DNA of 64,000 bases from Octopus vulgaris (lineage: Eukaryota). The translations under genes and the position numbers were made by a program. Positions 52,893 through 64,000 of the stretch are shown piece by piece. The stretch is from assembly GCA_951406725.2 (NCBI GenBank), contig OX597837.1, positions 3,968,001-4,032,000 of the forward strand. Reading direction: 5' to 3'. The notes under the pieces were generated by a model. It searched no databases. It was not told where the DNA came from and saw only the letters and a list, made by a program, of their open reading frames with translations. Numbering within the stretch: the first letter of the stretch is position 1; every line of letters begins with the position of its first letter.

Positions 52893-53460
52893 AATTAAAT
52901 TAAATTTGTTATAATAGTGAAAAATATTATATAATCATATACATATAAATATAAAAATATAAAAATGTAAAATATAAAAACTTATACATCATAATGCTAC
53001 ACTTATATAATATAATACACATTTGTACAAAAAGGAAGGTAAACAGAACAATATAAAACAAAATGTATAACAGTGTATATATTAATATTAATAAGTACCG
53101 ATATTATACATATTTGGCTAATAATTATTTCTATAAAAAAGGGCTAACACATATGGAGATGAAAAATAATAATTATTAATAATTATTTTTCATCTCCATA
53201 TGTGTTAGCCCTTTTTTTATAGAAATAATTATTAGCCAAATATGTATAATATCGGTACTTATTAATATTAATATATACACTGTTATACATTTTGTTTTAT
53301 ATTGTTCTGTTTACCTTCCTTTTTGTACAAATGTGTATTATATTATATAAGTGTAGCATTATGATGTATAAGTTTTTATATTTTACATTTTTATATTTTT
53401 ATATTTATATGTATATGATTATATAATATTTTTCACTATTATAACAAATTTAATTTAATT

Positions 53461-53568
53461 CTCTGAAGAGGCCGTGGGGCATCCTTGTTAATGCCTCATT
53501 TATACCTGCCTTTATGGCTTATAGGTTAAATGAGGTATGACTGTCCTCACTGCCGAAACAGCTGTCAG
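53461..53568 (+). ncRNA. Type-I hammerhead with intact core and 85-nt stem II
   Basis: cu-CUGAAGA-GGC...GCC-GAAAC-AGCU-GUC-ag. Stem II helices are GGCcGUGGGG/CCUCACuGCC, AUGCCUCAUUUA/UAAAUGAGGUAU, ACCU/AGGU and GCC/GGC. Stem III is the palindrome ACAGCUGU. Confidence 0.8.
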
Positions 53569-53943
53569 TTTTGATTTATTTGCATATTATATGTGAAATT
53601 TTTTACTTATATCTCTTTATCTTTTTACTTTTACTATTACTGTATATCTCATTTCATTTTATATATTGCCTTTACTCATATGTAATGGTGTATTAAAGTA
53701 TGGATTGAGTATCATCGGATAGTTGATGTTTTACTGATTTAAGTATGTTTCTCCATTCTCTAATTTTGTAGTATTAATTTACGTAATATTATTACCTTTA
53801 CCCATTTAATACAATGGATGAACTGATTGCTTGACAATTTTTAACATCTATGTATTATTTTTGTTGGGTACCTATCTAGCAGTATATTGGATATATATTA
53901 TCCCATGGTGGGTTGAATTTTCAACCCCTATCTCATTTTATAA

Positions 53944-54010
<67 letters not shown>

Positions 54011-54013
<3 letters not shown>

Positions 54014-54211
54014 GTGACCTCGTGAGCACCGCCAGCAATTTTTTTCTTCTGTCTTCCCTTCTCGGGATCTTTCCTTCTCCTTTGTTTCCGACGAAGAGCT
54101 CCACTCGAAACGTTAAACCCTCCTTCCCTACTTTCCTGAGCGTCCAATAATACTTTATTTGTTCCACGTCCTCGCGTTGCTGTGTTTTTTTGTGTTTTCT
54201 TGTTTGGATTA

Positions 54212-54217
<6 letters not shown>
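54011..54217 (+). mobile_element. ~205-bp HHR-bearing mini-element (family E) in (TA)n
   Basis: 54084-54118: guuu-CCGACGA-A-GAG-cucca-CUC-GAAACGU-U-aaac, with (TA)n on both sides. Confidence 0.78.
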
Positions 54218-54289
<72 letters not shown>

Positions 54290-54363
54290 GTATGTATATA
54301 TATATATATATATATATATAGTTACATACATACATATACATATATATATATATATCTATATAC

Positions 54364-54676
54364 ACAAGATAAAAGCAACAAGAATGGATTAGTTGTTCAG
54401 TACAATTGTTTCATACGAAGAACAGATTTATTAAAAGCTGCAAAAATTGCATCAAATACAAGTGTCCCGTATTTGCTGCAATTTTTGCAGCTTTTAATAA
54501 ATCTGTTCTTCGTATGAAACAATTGTACTGAACAACTAATCCATTCTTGTTGCTTTTATCTTGTTTATAATCACCCCACATTATTTTATGGTTAATACCA
54601 TAAAGATTTCTGGTGCATCTAAGGTAAGTACCATATTCATGTGAATTCATTGGAACTCACTAGAATCTTAATTGTT

Positions 54677-54680
<4 letters not shown>
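54364..54680. mobile_element. Second axe structure: 96-bp inverted arms plus ~115-bp extension
   Basis: 54364-54459 is inverted to 54469-54564 (one mismatch, 9-nt loop). It contains the HHR 3' half GAAAC-AATT-GTA at 54516-54527 and has TA-rich flanks. Confidence 0.75.
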
Positions 54681-54769
<89 letters not shown>

Positions 54770-55260
54770 CTACTATCATTTTTATTATAAATGATATGAC
54801 AATTTGAAATGCAATTGTCTATGCAGATTTATATTATTAGAAAATAATATAAATAAAGTGTTAAAATCTGAAAGTTAAGTTAACAAGCAATTATATAAAA
54901 AAGATAATGCAAATGAAGCTAAAATGATAGTTTTATAATTTGGGTTTTATTGAAGAACTCAAAAGAGTTGTCTCCCCTTACTCACAACACAGGAACTGAA
55001 GAACCAGGACCACAATTACTACTACTTCCTGTCCTGCAAACATGCTGAATTTAACAACACAACACAACACATGCTCTTAATCCCTTTGGATCTTAACACC
55101 TCAAGGTAATTTTTTCGTAAACAACCATAAAACTCAAGATACACAACGAACTCACAATGTATCGGAGAACTTATTTTTATCATTATTCTTTTACAAAAAA
55201 CAATGCAATTTTCTTTTTTTCCCCTTTCTAATTTTTAAAAAAAACTTCTTAAAACATAAA

Positions 55261-55301
55261 TATTCTTGACAAGTCATACAATGACGAAAACCGGTTGAAT
55301 A
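55261..55301 (+). ncRNA. Minimal type-I hammerhead motif, U3:A8 variant
   Basis: UAUUC-UUGACAA-GUCAU-aca-AUGAC-GAAA(A)-CCGG-UU-GAAUA. Stems I and II are perfect 5-bp helices, stem III is palindromic, and there is one extra A. Confidence 0.6.
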
Positions 55302-55388
55302 AATATATATTTATATATTTTATCAATTTCTCATTTTATTAAAATTTTCTTTCATTTGAGCATTCTGCATTTTATAAAAACATTTTTC

Positions 55389-55448
<60 letters not shown>

Positions 55449-55482
55449 CATACATATATATATATATATGTGTGTGTATTTA

Positions 55483-56023
55483 GGTTAGTTGAAATAGGTT
55501 TGTCACATATTTCAACTGCTAAAGGCAATTGCACAGCAGTTACCATGGAGAAAATGTCTCTCTCATGGTAAAAAGGTGTAAGAACATCCAATTCGTTCAG
55601 AGTGGCCATCTCTTGGGAATCTCAGACATTGATGTTTCGAGTTTTTTTTTTTTTACTCTGCTCAATGAAATGTTTCTAACAGAAGCAACTTTGAACGAAC
55701 TTAATGAAGCTATAGCTTTATATATAATTCAGCCAACACGGTGACTAATTTGCGCTACTGGATCGCCTGATCAAATGAATTAACAGAGCGTAGGCGCAAA
55801 GCAGTATATATGTACGAGCAGAATTTTAGATAATTTGAAATGTTTCCCATTTATTTCAAAAGTCAAACAACTCGGAACATCTGAGATTCTCGATCGATGG
55901 AGACACTGAACGAACTTGGTGTTTTCACTCCTTTTTACCATAAAAGAGAATGTTTCACCATGGTAACTGCAGTGCATATGCTTCTAGCAGTTGAAATATG
56001 TGAGAAATATATTTCAGCTAACC
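55483..56023. mobile_element. Degenerate MITE with ~145-bp TIRs, TTA/TAA flanks (PIF/Harbinger-like)
   Basis: GGTTAGTTGAAATA..TCACATATTTCAACTGCTA.. is inverted to ..TAGCAGTTGAAATATGTGA..TATTTCAGCTAACC. Confidence 0.75.
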
Positions 56024-56066
56024 TAATTTCTGCTCATACATAAGTGCTGTATTGCACCTTTCCACC

Positions 56067-56202
<136 letters not shown>

Positions 56203-56219
56203 GTGTGTGTATGTATATA

Positions 56220-56760
56220 TATTATATAAAATCCGTTCTGTCTGACTGTGCGTATTCTACGATCTCGGGCATCCTCCATCCGATTGCGCTCAAATTTGAT
56301 ATGTAGATACCGACGGTATCAGGGCGTGTATAAGTCTTGAAAAAATTACAAAAATCGATTCCAGGTGAGAATGCGATCGATAAAGCCGTGGGGATGTGCA
56401 TTTGTACGGGCAAGTACATCAGCTGTTGCGATCGATACAACGCGTACGCGAGAAAAATGCTCGTGCAGTTTGCGTAAAAAAGCCAGCTGGCTTGAAATAA
56501 TGCCACAAAATGCAGTATGTTTAAGAGACTAAAAAAAGTAAGATGCAAAAGAGATATTCTCTTCAAACTTGGCATGAAGGAAGGAAAGACTATTTGGTTT
56601 CTCAGGAATTTTTTTTTGCCTTAACTTCATTTAACAAAACAAAAATTTTATTGAAATAAAAGCATGCTTCATTATTTTTTAATGAAAAGAAAACACTGAT
56701 TGCTTTTTATTCAGCAGATATGATTCAGCACCATCCATTGGACAAGGGGCGTTTTGCTCG
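56220..56760 (+). mobile_element. Non-autonomous Helitron-like element, family H2 (longer copy)
   Basis: Shares the 5' ~190 bp and the 3' TCCATTGGAC hairpin plus GTTTTGCTCG end with 21422-21777. Confidence 0.75.
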
Positions 56761-56789
56761 TATACATACACACACACACATATATATAT

Positions 56790-58713
56790 GATTTCATGAT
56801 TTGATTTTGATTTTTCCAGTTTCAGCTAATGAGCTGTTGCCATGCTGGGGCACCGCCATTTGGTTTGCTACACGGGTTTACCTCACGGATGCTTTTTAGC
56901 AAACGCCATCTGATGCATGAGAGAGTTCGATGCAGCTGCCCTCATCTGCACCTCTTGCCGTGAAGTTGGTTCATCCGGGACACCTGACAGGAAGAGATCC
57001 AGTCCTACTTTAAAGACATCCGCATCTACACCATGCAGGTCCCTCAGGTTCTTCGGGAGGACATTGAAGAGCCGTGGGCCTCTGAAGCCCAGGCTATCAC
57101 AATATCTTGTCCTACATCTTGATGGTAAATTTGGAGTCCTTGGTACTACGAATGGCGTCCGATTCTGGCGTTTGTGTGACTCTCGATGCCAAAGTCTGGG
57201 ACAAGACCTTCCAGGATCTTCCAGATATATATTATGGCATATCTTTCTCGCCTACGCTCCAGGGAATAGAGCTTTAATCTCTTGAGTCTCTCCCAGTAGC
57301 TCGTATGCTGCACAGAGGCTATCTTCTTCGTGTAGCTTCGTTGGATCGCCTCAAGTTCTGTGATCAACTTGACACTGGATGGTGACCATAGCTGAGAGCA
57401 ATAGTCAAAGTGGCTTAGGACAAGTGTCTTCCAGAGGACCATCATGGTTTCTTGTTCTCTTGTTCTAAAGGTTCTAAGAATCCATCCAGCCAGCCGTCTG
57501 CATTTCATTGTCAGTTTAGCAACATGTACATGAAAGGTCGCGTCATCACTCATGTGAATACCCAGGTCACGCACTGATTGTGCCTCTGGGATTGCAATCC
57601 CTCCGGGTCCAGTGTATTCATTGGGTATTGCATTCAGTTTTGCATGCTGATAGTATAAAGCTTGAAACTTTTCAGCATTGAACTGCATGCTATTCTTTTC
57701 AGCCCACTTGTATATTTCGTCCAGCTCACATTGCAGGTGCTTAGTGTCTTCAGGGTTCTGTATTGCCTGTGAAACTTTTGTATCATCTGCATAACTTGTG
57801 ATCGTGGCTCTCCGCGTGGCTGAGGGCATGTCTGAGAGGGCCATTATGAACAGTAGTGGTCCCAAAACAGTGCCCTGTGGAACACCGCTCACTATTTGCG
57901 ATCTAATGGAAGTGGCCCCATTGGCTGCTACCACCTGACTTCTATTCTTCAGAAAGTCATGAAGCCATTCTCCTAGTTTTCCAACTATGCCAAGATCACG
58001 CAGTTTGTGACATATCATTCCATGATCGACTTTATCGAAGGCCTTTGCGAAGTCGAGATACATGACTTCCACATTTGAGTGGTTGAGCAGTTGTTTCAGC
58101 ACCCAGTCATAGTGCTGCAGGAGCTGAGTTAAGCAGCTTCTTCCTGGTCGGAAACCATGTTGGGTGTCAGGCAGCAAGTCATTTTCTTCAAGGAAGGTGA
58201 TTAGTTTCCTTCTGACTATTCGTTCCATGACCTTGCTGATGTGTGAGGTCAGAGAGATAGGTCTGTAGTTCTTGGCCTCCGCTCTGCTACCTCCTTTATG
58301 AATAGGGCATATTTTACCTTCCTTCAGTTTTCTTGGAAGTTTGCCAGCTGCAAGGAAGCTCTGAAAGAGGAACTGCAGTGGTCTTGCTAGGACTCTCTTA
58401 CATACTTTTAGGAGGATTGCCGGGAATCCATCGGTTCCAATAGCTGAGTCTGTTTTCATTTCATCTATAGCCTTTATTACATCGTCTTCCTTTATATCGA
58501 TGTAATTTATCGTCGCCGCCTCTGATTCTATATCTGCAGTGGTAAAGAAGTCAGTTGGATTGGTGATTTGGAAATGCCCAAGGGGTGGGGTGAAAACACT
58601 CTTGAATTGTTCATTCAGTATTTCACTTACCCTCATTGGTTTTCCTGTGAGTGTGCCATCCTTTTCAAGGAGTGGCCCTATCCTACAGTGCACCGTAGCT
58701 GTTTCTTTGGCAT
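56790..58713 (-). mobile_element. CR1-group LINE, 3' ~1.9 kb (truncated by assembly gap)
   Basis: RT ORF, then a frameshifted C-terminus (..GPRLFNVLPKNLR..FKVGLDLFLSGVPDEP..RAAASNSL) to TGA at 56822-56824, then a 3' stem-loop and (AAATC)n tail. Confidence 0.92.
57146..58693 (-). CDS. Non-LTR retrotransposon reverse transcriptase (ORF2, partial; apparent 1-bp frameshift near 57150)
   Basis: NYRPISLTSHISKVMERI, QHGFRPGRSC, YLDFAKAFDKVDH, GVPQGTVLGPLLF, YADDTK and RDLG motifs. Confidence 0.95.
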   Translation of the reverse strand: MHCRIGPLLEKDGTLTGKPMRVSEILNEQFKSVFTPPLGHFQITNPTDFFTTADIESEAATINYIDIKEDDVIKAIDEMKTDSAIGTDGFPAILLKVCKRVLARPLQFLFQSFLAAGKLPRKLKEGKICPIHKGGSRAEAKNYRPISLTSHISKVMERIVRRKLITFLEENDLLPDTQHGFRPGRSCLTQLLQHYDWVLKQLLNHSNVEVMYLDFAKAFDKVDHGMICHKLRDLGIVGKLGEWLHDFLKNRSQVVAANGATSIRSQIVSGVPQGTVLGPLLFIMALSDMPSATRRATITSYADDTKVSQAIQNPEDTKHLQCELDEIYKWAEKNSMQFNAEKFQALYYQHAKLNAIPNEYTGPGGIAIPEAQSVRDLGIHMSDDATFHVHVAKLTMKCRRLAGWILRTFRTREQETMMVLWKTLVLSHFDYCSQLWSPSSVKLITELEAIQRSYTKKIASVQHTSYWERLKRLKLYSLERRRERYAIIYIWKILEGLVPDFGIESHTNARIGRHS

Positions 58714-58813
58714 NNNNNNNNNNNNNNNNNNNNNNNNNNNNNNNNNNNNNNNNNNNNNNNNNNNNNNNNNNNNNNNNNNNNNNNNNNNNNNNNNNNNNNN
58801 NNNNNNNNNNNNN
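58714..58813. other. Assembly gap (100 N)
   Basis: Run of 100 N. Confidence 1.

Positions 58814-64000
<5,187 letters not shown>

Larger units (their letters stand above)
52579..53946. mobile_element. Penelope-like axe structure: ~590-bp near-perfect inverted repeat plus ~170-bp 3' extension, flanked by (TA)n
   Basis: 52579-53170 is inverted to 53182-53774, with one homopolymer indel seen. Each arm carries an HHR. The extension spans 53775-53946 and there is no ORF. Confidence 0.85.

Overview
Eukaryotic, very AT-rich, microsatellite-saturated intronic or intergenic DNA. The repeat inventory looks cephalopod (Octopus-like); that is an inference, not a database result. No host protein-coding gene can be supported, and nearly all listed ORFs are microsatellite read-throughs. 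The window is a mosaic of mobile elements. It holds a near-intact CR1-group LINE reverse transcriptase (56790-58713, minus, cut by a 100-N gap) and relics of R4/Dong and RTE LINEs. It also holds deleted Tc1 and mariner elements, non-autonomous Helitrons, several MITEs and five tRNA-headed SINE families. The segment 38341-43538 is duplicated at 58814-64000, probably an assembly artefact. The structure not explained by ORFs is a set of about 14 minimal type-I hammerhead ribozyme (HHR) motifs and relics from at least six unrelated non-coding repeat families. Several sit in Penelope-style inverted 'axe' structures inside (TA)n. They include a 1.2-kb near-perfect palindrome whose HHR has an 85-nt stem II, U3:A8 covariant cores, and a tRNA-headed SINE whose 3' tail is an HHR module. 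Also notable are a SINE-LINE shared 3' stem-loop with compensatory changes, one SINE head with four different tails, and a candidate HDV-like ribozyme at non-LTR 5' ends. All structures were paired by eye; none was computed or tested.
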